NCBI GenBank assembly: GCA_030390025.1
Contig: CM059438.1
Location: forward strand, 69,938,001-70,002,000
Direction: 5' to 3'
Length of the DNA stretch: 64,000 nt
Source of the DNA: Squalus acanthias
Taxonomy: Eukaryota
The notes under the pieces: model-generated
Seen by the model: the letters and a program-made list of their open reading frames with translations, nothing else
What the model was told of the DNA's origin: nothing
The model's database searches: none
In this document: positions 50,280 through 62,260 of the stretch, piece after piece
How positions within the stretch are numbered: the first letter of the stretch is position 1
Layout: every line of letters starts with the position of its first letter
Translations under genes and position numbers: made by a program

Positions 50280-50730
50280 GCCATTCATCCAGAATGACCC
50301 GAAAATCTCGAAAACTGTTGCATCCAATTGGTTCTTAAATGATTCCAGGGTATTCACTTCCACAACTCGAACTCAGAGTCCATGCCATGTGTTGATCACT
50401 TTATGTGTCAAGAAACATGTTATAACGTCAATCTTAAATTAGCTATTTTCTAGCTTGAACCTGTGATTGCCTTCTCCTATTCACATAATTTATCTTTTCC
50501 AAACCATTTACCATCGCATATTCCTCTATATGCTCACCTCTCGGACACCTCCTTTCAAGAATCAAAAGCCCAATTTTCTTTATCCTTCCTCATAACTCGA
50601 AGCTCGAAGACTGTGGTGCTTTCCATTGCTTCCAAAGCTTGAATGTCAGCCTTGTGTGTTGGTGACAAGAACGGAGAGGTCTGTCCAGAGCACTGTACAG
50701 GTTAATCATGACTTCTTCTGACTCGTATGC
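50280..50730 (-). mobile_element. Highly diverged CR1 3' fragment
   Basis: Residual similarity to the CR1 RT C-terminus and 3' UTR. Confidence 0.4.
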
Positions 50731-50904
50731 TTGTAAATGTTTTCTTTATGGTTTTGCAAAGGTCCTGTGGCAGACTTGAAGTCCAGAAATGTATTAAAGA
50801 TGCCTCGCTCATTTTTTAACTGCAGTGGCACAATGTAACAAAAATGGAACATGCTCTTGTCTACCCCATTTAGATGTATTGGCTAAACAATTGATAGAGT
50901 CAAA

Positions 50905-51602
50905 GGGGAAGAAATTGAGTACCTTTACTCCTCTGGGAGGGGGCGATAACGGGGCACTAACCACTTAGCGCCCAGGCGCGGCGAGAATATCGGCTCCCGC
51001 TAAATTCGGTGGGAGGTTTGCGGCGGCAGTATGGCGTTACGCCCCGATCTCTTCGCCTGGAGATCACGACGTCATGGCCGTCTGCATATCCCTGGTTGCA
51101 CCCCGGACCCGAACTTCGGTTTTGCCCCCTGCAGCATCACCGGGCGACAACAGGAGGCGTTGTTCGGGAGGCCGGGCGCTTCGGGGACGATACATAAACG
51201 GAAGGTGGCCGAGGTAGGGAAAAAAATAATCAAATGCTCGTTCTCTTTTTTTTGCTTTTTCCCCCAGCGCTCGATCAGCTCGGCACTCTGCTGCAGTGCA
51301 TCGGGCTGATCGGGCCGGATTGCGGCTACCGTCGGTGACCAGGTATGTTGCTTTCCCTTGCAGAGCCTGCAGCGATGGCCCTTCCCTATAAGGGAGGGGA
51401 GGAGCCTTCCAACGCGGCAGCGCTGCACGGCTCATTGTTTAGCGCTGCACACCTACCACCCCACCTGCTGCCTGTTGCGCTCCAGGAAGGAAGTGGAGCT
51501 CTTGATTTAGCGCCTTACTTCCTTCCTGGAGCGCAAAACTGAATTTTGTAAAAGTTGAGAAACATTAGCGCCCCAAACGGAGCGATAATGAATTTCTCCC
51601 CC
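50905..51602. mobile_element. CpG-rich Harbinger-like MITE
   Basis: GGGGAAGAAATT / AATTTCTCCCCC termini; repeated TAGCGCC subterminal motif shared with 55595-56232. Confidence 0.6.
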
Positions 51603-51690
51603 GTGCAGTGGTCAAAATTTTGGCCAATTCATAAATGTTCTGCCATTGTGTACACACAAAGTATGGGATTAATACAACAGAAAACAAAGC

Positions 51691-51940
51691 ATAAGAACAT
51701 AAGACATAAGAACATAAGACGTAGGAGCAGGAGTAGGTCATTTGGCCCCTCGAGCCTGCTCCGCCATTCAATAAGATCATGGCTGATCTGATCTTAGCCT
51801 CAACTCCACTTCCCTGCCCACTCCCCATAACCCTTGACTCCCTTACCTTTCAAAAATCTGTCGATCTCCACCTTAAATTTATTCAATTACTCAGCCTCCA
51901 CAGCTCTCTGGGGAAGAGAATTCCAAAGATTCACGACCCT
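51691..51940 (-). mobile_element. CR1 3' end fragment
   Basis: (CATAAGA[A])n tail followed by GGAGCAGGAGTAGG..TTGGCCCCTCGAGCCTGCTCCGCC. Confidence 0.85.
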
Positions 51941-52384
51941 CCTCCAACACAATACTGCAACTCATCTTTTGTCCTTTCCATAAATAACTGTAAAGCATTT
52001 TAATAGGAATGTCTCAGCCATTTCTGTAGCCTAATTCTTTTGCTGTGTTGACCAACCTTTTGATTTTAGTGAATAGTGGTTGAAGGAGACTGCCTGTGTT
52101 GTTACTGCATCAGATTTTGCCCAATTAAAATGCAGTAAGAATCTCTCAAAGTAATTAGCAAGAGAAACGTTTTCAGGAAAGGAAATCCCGGATGATTTTT
52201 ATATTTATTTTGTATTCCTGTTGATTTTGTATCAACGGACCATTTGCTTTCTAAATTAAAAAGAAGTTTTTCAAATAAAATTTGGGTTTGATTTTGAAGA
52301 ACAAGTATTAAAGTCGATTATCAGCAGGCTAGCTGTATGTAGACCACTTTCAGATAAATTGGATTTTTCGGCCGTATCCATGCA

Positions 52385-53644
52385 GAAAACGGGGAACTAC
52401 AGACCAGTTAGCCTGACATCAGTAGTAGGAAAATGCTAGAATCTATTATTAAGGACGTGGTAACAGGGCACTTAGAAAATAATAATAGGATCGGGCAGAG
52501 TCAACATGGATTTATGAAAGGGAAATCGTGTTTGACGAATCTGTTACATTTTTTTGAGGTTGTAACTAGCAGAATAGGTAAGTGGGAACCAGTGGATGAG
52601 GTGTATGTGGATTTTCAGAAGGCATTCGATAGGGTGCCACACAAGAGGTTATTAAACAAAATTATGGCTCATTGGATTGGGGATAATATATTAGCATGGA
52701 TTAAGGATTGGTTAAAGGACAGAAAACAGAGAGTAAGAATAAATGGGTCATTTTCGGGTTGGCAGGCTGTAACTAGTGGGGTACCACAAGGATCAGTGCT
52801 TGGGCCTCAGCTATTCACAATCTACATCAATGATTTGGATGAGGGGACCAAATGTAATATATCTAAGTTTGCTGATGATACAAAGCTGGGTGGGAATGTA
52901 AGTTGTGAGGAAGATGCAAGGAGGCTTCAAGGGGATATAGACAAGCTAAGTGAGTGGGCAAGTACATGGCAAATGTAATATAACGTGGAGAAATGTGAAG
53001 TTATCCACTTTGGTAGGAAAAACCAAAAAGCAGAGTATTTTTTAAATGGTGAGAGATTGGGGAATGTTGGTGTTCAGAGGGACCTGGGTATCCTTGTACA
53101 CGAATCACTGAAAATTAACATGTAGGTACAGCAAGCAATTGGTAAAGCAAATGATATGTTGGCCTTTATTACAAGAGGATTTGAGTATAAGAGTAAAGAC
53201 GTCTTTCTGCAATTATATAAAGAAAAACTTGCATTTATATAACACCTTTCACGACCACCGGACTTTACAACCAATTAAGTACTTTTGAAGTGGAGTCACT
53301 GTTGTATTGTAGGAAACACGGCAGCCGATTTCCGCACAGCAAGGTCCCACAAACAGCAATGTGATAATGACCAGATAATCTGTTTTTGTTATGTTGGTTG
53401 AGGGATAAATATTGTCCAGGACACCGGGGATAACTCCCCTGCTCTACCCCAGAGGGCTGTGGAGGCTCAGTCGTTGAATATATTCAAGACAGAGGTCAAT
53501 AGATTTTTGAATATTAAGTCAATCAAGGGATATGGGGATAGTTCAGGAAAGTGGAGATGAAGTAGAAGATCAGCCATAATCTTATTGAATGGCGGAACAG
53601 GCTCGAAGGGTCATATGGCCTACTCCTGCTCCTATTTCTTATGT
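52385..53644 (+). mobile_element. CR1 RT/3' fragment (family of the 22480 element) containing a DeuSINE fragment (53221-53445, minus)
   Basis: ORF 52433-52978 with QHGF, GVPQGSVLGP, FADDTK; SINE tail at 53221; 3' end CCTACTCCTGCTCCTATTTCTTATG. Confidence 0.9.
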
Positions 53645-53918
53645 AATACCTGAATATTATTTTTAAAGATTTGTTGGCTATCAAAATTCCTTTAAGCGCT
53701 ACTTTTATTCAGCATTGTCTTCAAGGAAAGACAAAAAAAATAGTAAAAGCTGCAAAAGGAATACGAAAAAAATTGAGGATTATCAAGATTTACACACAAT
53801 GTTTTTACAAAATTAGAAGAAAAAGGGCAGTCAAGGGTAATGTGGGCTATTTAAAAATAGATGAGGGTAATATTGCAAATTAAAATAAGGAAATGGCAGA
53901 CTTCTTGAATATTTACTC

Positions 53919-54556
53919 GGGAGAATTTTTCGTGGGGTCAGCGGGCACGATCGGTGGCGGATCGGGTGAGAAAATATTTTTTTTTGACAGCAGGTCGTGA
54001 CCTACCCAAATGTCGGGTCTGTCAACACTGAGCAGACCCGACACGCAGCGGCGGGGGAGGCAATTCAGGTCATTATGACCTTGTTAACAGACCATAAAGA
54101 ACTATTTTGAGCTCACCTTCAGAGTTTACCAGTTCGCCCACGGGGTCTACGCTGCTTGGGGATCACGTCAGGTAAGCAGGTCGGGAGTTGAATGGCCATG
54201 GAATCATCTCATTACTTGACAGCTGCAAATGTGCTATAAAAGCTCCCATCTCACAGCTGTTACTTTCCAAGCTCAGAAGCTTTATGCTTACTGCATTTGG
54301 GAGATAGATTGAGCTTTATGCAGGTTGCAAGTGTTTGGAGTAAACTCTCTATCCAGTGTCACCTCATTGGAACAACCTCTCTCACCGTTGACAGATCGCT
54401 TCTGTCATTTCAAGTTCACCTGCCATCTATTACATCAGCATTGGTGCCCTTGAAACTATCTCACCTTGGTCCTCAGAATCTCACCACGATCAGCCCCAAC
54501 ACCAGCAGCACCAACAACAACACCAACCTTCTCCGCAGTCAACTGATGCTGCACAG
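53919..54556 (+). mobile_element. Harbinger-like element end (same family as 1-421)
   Basis: Starts GGGAGAATTTTTTCG; reverse-complement match to 1-421. Confidence 0.6.
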
Positions 54557-55265
54557 GACAGAAATAGGAGCAGGAGTAGGCCATTTGGCCCCTCGAGCCT
54601 GCTCCGCCATTCAATAAGATCATGGCTGATCTTCGACCTCAACTCCACTTTCCTGCACTATCCCCATATCCCTTGATTCCTTTAACATCCAAAAATCTAT
54701 CGATCTTTGTCTTGAATATACTCAACGACTGAGCCTCCACAGCCCTCTGGGGTAGAGAATTTCCAAAGATTCACCACCCTCTGAGTAAAGAAATTTCTCC
54801 TCATCTCAGTCCTAAATGGCCGACCCCTTATTCTGAGACTGTGACCCCTGGTTCTAGACTCCCCAGCCAGGGGAAACATCCTCCCTGCATCTGCCCTGTC
54901 AAGCCCTGTAAGAATTTTGTATGTTTCAATGCGATAACCTCTCATTCTTCTAAACTCTAGAGAATAAAGGCCTAGTCTACTCAATCTGTCCTCATAGGAC
55001 AATCCCCCCATCCCAGGAACCAGTCTGGTGAACCTTCGTTGCACTCCCTCTTTGGTAAGTATATCCTTCCTTAGGTAAGGAGACCAAAACTGTACACAAT
55101 ACTCCAGGTGTGGTCTCACCAGGGCCCTATATAATTGCAGTAAGACCTCTTTAATCTTATACTCATATCCTCTTGTAATAAAGGCCAACATACCATTTTG
55201 CTTTCCTAATGGCTTGCTGTACCTGCTTGTTAACTTTCAGTGATTCGTGTACAAGGACGCCCAGG
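54557..55265 (-). mobile_element. CR1 3' fragment
   Basis: ORF 54697-55191: LYRALVRPHLEYCVQFWSP..FFTQRVVNLW. Confidence 0.9.
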
Positions 55266-56583
55266 ATTAATGTACAATTTGTCCAGCAACTTGTGGCGAT
55301 GAAGAGATACCCCGTGATTTGTGAATCCTCACAAGTTGCTGGACGATTTGCGCTGCTCCACCGTTTGCTTTGCAAAATCGACATCTGACCCTAAACCTCC
55401 CCGTGAGTTTCATGAAGTTGCAGCATTTGCACATTAAATGCCCATTAAACGCGCCACTGAACATTAAGTCAAGTAATGAATACCATTAGTACCCTTTTAA
55501 CCACGTGATAATTGTTAATGACTGCCAATCAACCTCTCTGGCCCAGAAAATGGTATCTTCACGTAGTGAATTGTTGTTGATAATTTTTACATTTGGGGGG
55601 AAAGATTGGGTTGCTTTGCGCTTCCCATTAGCGCCCAAGGGGGCGAACTTTAGCAGGAGGTTAGCGGCAGTGGCCTGTGACGCTGCACCTCCGGCAATGA
55701 CATAATCGCCGTTCGCAGCGCAGCGCCCCGGCGGCAAACTTCAGTTGCGACCCCTAACCTACTGCTGGACGATATGTCCGATGGGGTCAGGGTGGCGTTT
55801 TTGTGGCTGCGGCGGTGCAAGTTAACGGGCAGGTGGCGGGCAGCCTTTTTTTTGGGCCGCCTGCCAGCACCAGCCCCCTTTCGCTTTCTCCTGCGGGGTG
55901 CCGGCCGCGACCGGTCAGCCCGTCACTACTCTTGAGTGCCGGGCTCTTTTCCCGGCACCCCGCTTTACTAGGCCCCTCCCTGTAATCAGGGCAGGGAGGC
56001 CTGTGATACCCCGGCGTTACGTGCCAACGCGTGTGGCGCTGTTGCACGTAGCGCCATGATATTAAATGGTAGCGCCCCAGGAAATGGGGGAGCGCTTCCG
56101 GTAGCGCCCCACCTCCTGCTTGGGGCGCTACCACTCAATTTACGGCGCAGGGGTGCTAACTTTTTTGGGGGTGCTAAATGTAGCGCCCTGTCGAAGTTAG
56201 CGCTCCAAAGGGGACGCGACCGAATTTTTCCCTCTTGTTTTCTTACTTTTCCTTTCTGTCTCTTTTTTTCTCTATCTCTTAATACAATCTTTCTTTCCCC
56301 CTCTTTATTTTTATTTCCGTACCTGATTTGACATTGAAGTTACCCCCTCTAATCCGCCCTCCTTCCTCTGTTTATTTCTCAATCCTTAAATTTCATTGGC
56401 TAAGGAGATGCACTGTTGGTCCCGTTGTTCACTGAGATCCCAGATGCCTCATTGCCTGTTATCAGCTCACACTTCCAGCAACTTGCAGGCCAAAAAAAAT
56501 TTTGAGCTGAAGTGTGCAGGAAAAAGTTTTAACTAACCAGGCATGCCGTGAGATGCCCCCCCCTGCTCCAGCAAATTCCATCC
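55266..56583. mobile_element. MITE of the 19378 family, with a nested CpG-rich MITE at 55595-56232
   Basis: Matches 19430-19850 and 20745-20854; nested element has GGGGGGAAAGATT / AATTTTTCCC ends. Confidence 0.65.
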
Positions 56584-57775
56584 CAATTTCACCAAGGTGG
56601 TCCCCTTTTTTAAAAAAAAACAATAATTTGGGAATGCATTGTATACTGTGATTTGGGGATGGAAATTTGTTTATAAATGTCACTGGTATCTTCAGACTGT
56701 GTTAATACCTTTTAACATGCTTCCAACCATTGTTTACATCTCCTGTGTTGGCATGTGACTGATAATCAATCAAAGGATGATAAAATAACGAGTTTCTTGT
56801 GAGCTCTGTAATGTTCTTGGCAAATCTCCACGTGTCTTTATTTTACACCTGATGATGGCTCAAAATAAGCTAATAATCCTCTTGAAATTAAGGACTATGC
56901 AATTTACATACACTTGAATTTTACCTTTAAATCAAACACTGTTCCTAGAATATACCTTTGTTGCTGTATTCTGCTGAACATCACTGCCTGGTAACAAATT
57001 ACTTTCTCCAATTTATTTTGGTGCTCACTTACACTAATCATCTGCGCAGTGAGAGACTTCTCTGTTTTCGATCCATTCTTCCCCATTGTGTGCACTCTAA
57101 TTACAGCTCATATCCAAGTGTCGGCTCATTAAAGGGGCAGAGACTCTGCTTTAATGCTTTGCAAAATATTTTATCCCATTTCTGCTCAGATGCAATGATA
57201 TCATCCTCATTACGGCTGGCACTGGCCATTTATTTATTTTTATTTTAACAAATCCAAGATGGGAGAATTCATTCTCCTTTCAGTACAGGCTGACACTCGA
57301 GATATCCTACAAATCCCCGAAGATATTTGCTTTTTGCAAGTTATTAATTGCTTTTTCCGCCAGTCGCTTATGCTGCTTAGAGATGTTGGGGGTAGAGCCT
57401 GGGAACCCAAATGTGAATTGACAAAAAAGAGCACCGGCAGGAAGTTAGCACAAACACTTCAACCAGTGCGCTAAAAATAGCTCACAGAGGGAATTAAACC
57501 TTCAGGTTTGCACAGCAGGATAGCAGCAGATCATGGTGCAGTGCTGAAATTGATTTCTGGAGTTTACTGTAGATGGTTTCATATTGAAAGCAATCGCAAG
57601 TATGAAGCTGGTAATCTCTGAAGATCCGGTGGCAGACCCTCACATCTTCCTGGGTTCCAAGTTCCAAGTTGGCGTTGGTCTCAATTGACAGAGTTGGGAA
57701 TTCTGCCACAGTGTCATAAATTTGCCACTTCTTGAAGATCAATCGACCTGTGTTTTGTGAAATGGCCGCCAGGAC

Positions 57776-58157
57776 ATAAGAACATAGGAAATAGGAGCAG
57801 GAATAGGCTACTTGGCCCCACGAGCCTGCTCCGCCATTCAATAAGATCATGGCTGATCTAGGGCTCAAAGCCACTTCCCAGCCCGCTCCCCATAACCCTT
57901 CACTCCCTTATCTTGCAAAAATTTGTCTATCCACTTTAAATGTATTTAATGACCCAGCCTCCACAGCTCTCTGGGGCAGAGAATTCCACAAATTTACGAC
58001 CCTCTGAGAGAAGAAGTTCCTCCTCATCTCAGTTCTAAAAGGGCGACTCTTTATTCTGAGACTGTGCCCCCGAGTTCTAGATTTCCCCATGAGGGGAAAC
58101 ATCCTCTCTGCATCTACCCTGTCGAGCCCCCTCAGTATCTTATATGTTTCAATAAGA
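57776..58157 (-). mobile_element. 3' end of host CR1 (continues at 62590-64000)
   Basis: Colinear with 38586-38960; breaks at ..TTTCAATAAGA and resumes CACCTCTCATTCTTC at ~62591. Confidence 0.9.
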
Positions 58158-58332
58158 CATAGAAACATAGAAGATAAGAGCAGGAGTAGGCCATTCAGCC
58201 CCTCGAGCCTGCTCCTCCATTCAATGCGATCATGGCTGATCATCCAAATTCAGTACCCTGTCCCTGCCTTCTCCCCATATCCCTTGATACCTTTAGCTTT
58301 AAGAAATATATCTAACTCATTCTTGAATATAT

Positions 58333-61110
58333 TTAATGATTGGCCTCAACTACCTTCTGTGGTAGAGAATTCCACAGGTTCACCACTCTCTGGGTGAAGA
58401 AATTCTTCCTCATTTCTGTCCTAAATGGCTTACCCCTTATCCTTAGATTATGACCCCTGGTTCTGGTCTCTCTGACCATCGGGAACATTCTTCCTGCATC
58501 TAGTTTGTCCAGACCTGTCAGAATTTTATATGTTTCGATGAGATCCCCTCTCATTCTTCTATACTCCAGCGAGTATAAGCCCAATCGACCCAATCTCTCC
58601 TCATATGTCATTCCTGCCATCCCAGCTATCTGCCTTGTGAATCTTCGCTGAACTCCTTCCATGGCAAGAACATCCTTCCTCAGATAAGGCAACCAAAACT
58701 GCACACAGTACTCAAGGTGTGGTCTCACCAAGGCCCTGTACAACTGCAGCAGGACATCCCTGTTCCTATACTCAAACCCTTTCGCTATGAAGGCCAACAT
58801 ACCATTTGCCTTCTTCAGCGCCTGCTGCACCTGCATGCTTACCTTCAGCGACTGGTGCACAAGGACACCCAGGTCTCGTTGCACTTCCCCTTCTCCCAAT
58901 CTATTGCCATTCAGATAATAGTCTGCCTTTCTGTTTTTGACACCAAAGTGGATAACCTCACATTTATCCACGTTATATTGTATCTGCCACGCTTCTGCCC
59001 AATCACCCAACCTGTCCAAATCATCCTGGAGTTTCTCGGCATCCTCCTCACGGCACACACTCCCACCCAGCTTTGTGTCATCTGCAAACTTGGAGATATT
59101 ACATTTAGTTCCCTTATCTAGATCATTAATGTATATTGTGAATAGCTGGGGTCCAGGGACTGATCCCTGCGGTACCCCACTAGTCACTGCCTGCCACTCG
59201 GAAAAAGACCCATTAATTCCTACTCTCTGCTTTCTGTCCGCCAACCAGTTCTCTATCCAAGTCAATACCTTGCCCCCAATCCCATGTGCCTTAACTTTAC
59301 ACACTAATCTCTTATGCGGGACCTTATCGAAAGCCTTTTGAAAGTCCAAATACACCACATCTACTGGTTCTCCCTTATCTATTTTCCCAGTTACATCCTC
59401 AAAAAATTCCAGTAGATTAGTCAAACACGATTTACCTTTTGTAAATCCATGTTGACTTTGTCCGATCCTGTCACTGTTTTTCAAGTGCTCAGCTATTACA
59501 TCCTTTATACTGGACTGTAGCATTTTACCCACTACCGATGTCAGGCTTACCGGTCTGTAATTCCCCGCTTTCTCTCTAACACCCTTTTTGAATAGTGGGG
59601 TAACATTAGCTACCCTCCAATCCATGGGTACAGTTCCAGATTCCATCGAATGTTGGAAGATGATCAGCAATGCATCTACTATTTCTAGGGCCACTTCCTT
59701 AAGTACCCTAGGATGTAGATTATCAGGCCCTGGTGATTTATCGGCCGTCAATACCGTCAATTTCCCTAACACCATTTCTCTGTAAATACTGATTTCTTTC
59801 AGTTCCTCCCTTTCATCAGACCCTATGTTCTCCAACATCTCTGGGAGGTTATTTGTGTCCTCCTTTGTGAAGACAGAACCAAAATATGCATTTAATTGGT
59901 CTGCCATTTCTTTGTTCCCCATTATAACTTCCCCCGCTTCTGACTGCAAGGGACCTACACTTGATTTCACTAATCTTTTTTTCTTCACATATCTATAAAA
60001 GCTCTTACAGTCAGTTTTTATGTTCCCTGAAAGCTTACTTTCATATTCTATTTTCCCCTTCTTAATTAATCCCTTTGTCCTCCTTTGTTGAATTCTAAAC
60101 TGCTCCCAATCCTCAGGGTTACCGCTTTTTCTGGCCAATTTATATGCCCTCTCCTTGGATCTTATGCTATCCCTAATTTCCCTTGTTAGCCACGGTTGAG
60201 TCACCCTTTTTGTTTTATTCTTATGCCACACTGGGATGAACAAATTCTGTAGTTCATCCATGCAGTCTTTGAATGTTTGCCATTGCCTATCCACCATCAA
60301 CCCTTTGAGTGACATTCCCCAATCAATCCTACCCAATTTGCGCCCCATACCATCGTAGTTTCCTTTATTTAAATTTAGGACCCTAGTCTCTGATTCAACT
60401 ACTTTACTCTCCATCCTAATGAAGAATTCTATCATATTATGATCACTCTGACCCAAGGGGCCTCGTACAACAAGATTGCTAATTAATCCTTTCTCGTTAC
60501 ATAATACCCAATCTAAGATGGCCTGATCTCTGGTTGGTTCCTCGACATATTGTTCCAGAAAACCATCCCGTAAACATTCTAGGAATTCCTCCTCCACAGT
60601 ATTTTTACTAATTTGGTTAGCCCAATCTATATGTAAATTAAAGTCACCCATGATGACTGCTGTGCCCTTACTGCATGCTTCTCTAATTTCCCTTTTAATG
60701 CCGTCCCCACCCTCCATATTACTGTTTGGAGGTCTATATACCACTCCCACTAACGTTTTCTGCCCCTTGTTATTTCTCAGTTCTACCCATACAGATTCCG
60801 CATCATCAAAGCTAATATCCATCCTTTCAATTGTGTTAATCCCCTCTTTAACCAGCAATGCTACCCCACCTCCCTTCCTTTTTTGCCTATCTTTCCTAAA
60901 TATTGAATACCCCTGGATGTTGAGTTCCCAGCCTTGGTCACCCTGGAGCCATGTTTCTGTAATCCCAATCAAATCGTATTCATTTACCTCTATTTGCGCA
61001 GCTAATTCATCCACCTTGTTCCGAATGCTCCTTGCATTAAGACACAAAGCCTTCAGGCTTGTTTTTTTAATGCTCTCAGACCTATATGAATTATTATTTA
61101 CTGTGACCAT
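58333..61110 (-). CDS. CR1 ORF2: APE endonuclease plus reverse transcriptase (925 aa, frameshift near C-terminus)
   Basis: LNARS, ITETW, GDFN, SDH (EN); YRPVSLTS, QHGF, YLDFQKAFD, GVPQGS, FADDTK (RT). Confidence 0.95.
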   Translation of the reverse strand: MVTVNNNSYRSESIKKTSLKALCLNARSIRNKVDELAAQIEVNEYDLIGITETWLQGDQGWELNIQGYSIFRKDRQKRKGGGVALLVKEGINTIERMDISFDDAESVWVELRNNKGQKTLVGVVYRPPNSNMEGGDGIKREIREACSKGTAVIMGDFNLHIDWANQISKNTVEEEFLECLRDGFLEQYVEEPTRDQAILDWVLCNEKGLISNLVVRGPLGQSDHNMIEFFIRMESKVVESETRVLNLNKGNYDGMGRKLGRIDWGMSLKGLMVDRQWQTFKDCMDELQNLFIPVWHKNKTKRVTQPWLTREIRDSIRSKERAYKLARKSGNPEDWEQFRIQQRRTKGLIKKGKIEYESKLSGNIKTDCKSFYRYVKKKRLVKSSVGPLQSEAGEVIMGNKEMADQLNAYFGSVFTKEDTNNLPEMLENIGSDEREELKEISIYREMVLGKLTVLTADKSPGPDNLHPRVLKEVALEIVDALLIIFQHSMESGTVPMDWRVANVTPLFKKGVREKAGNYRPVSLTSVVGKMLQSSIKDVIAEHLKNSDRIGQSQHGFTKGKSCLTNLLEFFEDVTGKIDKGEPVDVVYLDFQKAFDKVPHKRLVCKVKAHGIGGKVLTWIENWLADRKQRVGINGSFSEWQAVTSGVPQGSVPGPQLFTIYINDLDKGTKCNISKFADDTKLGGSVCREEDAEKLQDDLDRLGDWAEAWQIQYNVDKCEVIHFGVKNRKADYYLNGNRLGEGEVQRDLGVLVHQSLKVSMQVQQALKKANGMLAFIAKGFEYRNRDVLLQLYRALVRPHLEYCVQFWLPYLRKDVLAMEGVQRRFTRQIAGMAGMTYEERLGRLGLYSLEYRRMRGDLIETYKILTGLDKLDAGRMFPMVRETRTRGHNLRIRGKPFRTEMRKNFFTQRVVNLWNSLPQKVVEANH

Positions 61111-61221
61111 GTTTGATTTAAACCGTTGAGTTCTTTGCCTTCTACTTTTGTTTTTCTCCTTCCTGTCTTTTGCTTTTATCCTTGTTTCCCTTTCCTCTGT
61201 CTCCCTGCTCAGGTTCCCACT

Positions 61222-62172
61222 TTACTTTAAACCCTCCCCAACAGCACTAGCAAACACTCCCCCTAGGACATCGGTCCCGGCCCTGCCCAGGTGCAGACCG
61301 TCCCGTTTGTACTGGTCCCACCTCCCCCAGAACCGGTTCCAATGTCCAAGGAATTTGAATCCCTCCCCCTTGCACCATTCCTCTAGCCATGTATTCATTT
61401 GAAATATCTTTCTATTTCTACTCTGACTAGCACGTGGCACTGGTAGCAATCCTGAGATTACTACCTTTGAGGTCCTATTTTTTAATTTACCTCCTAACTC
61501 CCTATATTCTGCTTTTAGGACCTCATCCCATTTTTTACCTATATCGTTGATGCCTATGTGCACGACGACAACTCGCTGTTCGCCCTCCCCCTCCAAAATG
61601 TTCTGTAGCCGCTCCGAGATGTCCTTGACCCTTGCGCCAGGGAGGCAACACACCATCCTGGAGTCTCGTTTGCGGCCGCAGAAACGCCTATCTATTCCCC
61701 TTACAATTGAGTCCCCTATCACTATAGCTCTTCCACACTTTTTCCTCCCAGCCTGAGCAGCAGAGCCACCCATGGTGCCAGGAAGTTGGCTGCTGCTGCC
61801 TTCCCCTGATAAGTCATCCCCCCCAACAGTATCCAAAGTGGTATATCTTTTTGAGAGGGGGATGGCCACAGGGGACCCTTGCACTACCTGCCTGCACCTC
61901 TTACTCTGCCTGGTGGTCACCCATTTACTTCCTGCCTGTACACCCTTTACCTGCGGTGTGACCAACTCGCTAAATGTGCTATCCACGATGTTCTCAGCGT
62001 CGCGAATGCTCCAATATGCATCCATCCGCAGCTCCAGCACCGCAATGCGGTCTATCAGTAGCTGCAGCTGGATACACTTCCCACACACATGGTTGTCAGG
62101 GACACAGGAAGCATCCCTGATTTCCCACATATAGCAGGAGGAGCGTATCACGGGGCGGAGCTCTCTTGCCAT
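61222..62172 (-). CDS. CR1 ORF1: zinc finger, coiled coil, SGNH/GDSL esterase-like domain (316 aa)
   Basis: (R)SSC..CGKC, heptad leucines, GDSIVRG, HIGIND, DGLHL. Confidence 0.9.
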   Translation of the reverse strand: MARELRPVIRSSCYMWEIRDASCVPDNHVCGKCIQLQLLIDRIAVLELRMDAYWSIRDAENIVDSTFSELVTPQVKGVQAGSKWVTTRQSKRCRQVVQGSPVAIPLSKRYTTLDTVGGDDLSGEGSSSQLPGTMGGSAAQAGRKKCGRAIVIGDSIVRGIDRRFCGRKRDSRMVCCLPGARVKDISERLQNILEGEGEQRVVVVHIGINDIGKKWDEVLKAEYRELGGKLKNRTSKVVISGLLPVPRASQSRNRKIFQMNTWLEEWCKGEGFKFLGHWNRFWGRWDQYKRDGLHLGRAGTDVLGGVFASAVGEGLK

Positions 62173-62260
62173 GACTTAACCTTTAATTAATTAATTAAAA
62201 TTAAATTAAATGAATCCCACCAATTTCACTTCAATTAAATGATATACTCAAGGGCCCTTT

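Noticed and set aside
50905..51602. CpG-island host promoter
   Set aside because: The CpG-rich block is delimited by TIRs and related to 55595-56232, so it is better explained as a MITE.
57494..57775. Open frame GRLIFKKWQIYDTVAEF.. as a host exon
   Set aside because: Weak splice signals and no recognisable homology; cannot be supported without RNA data.
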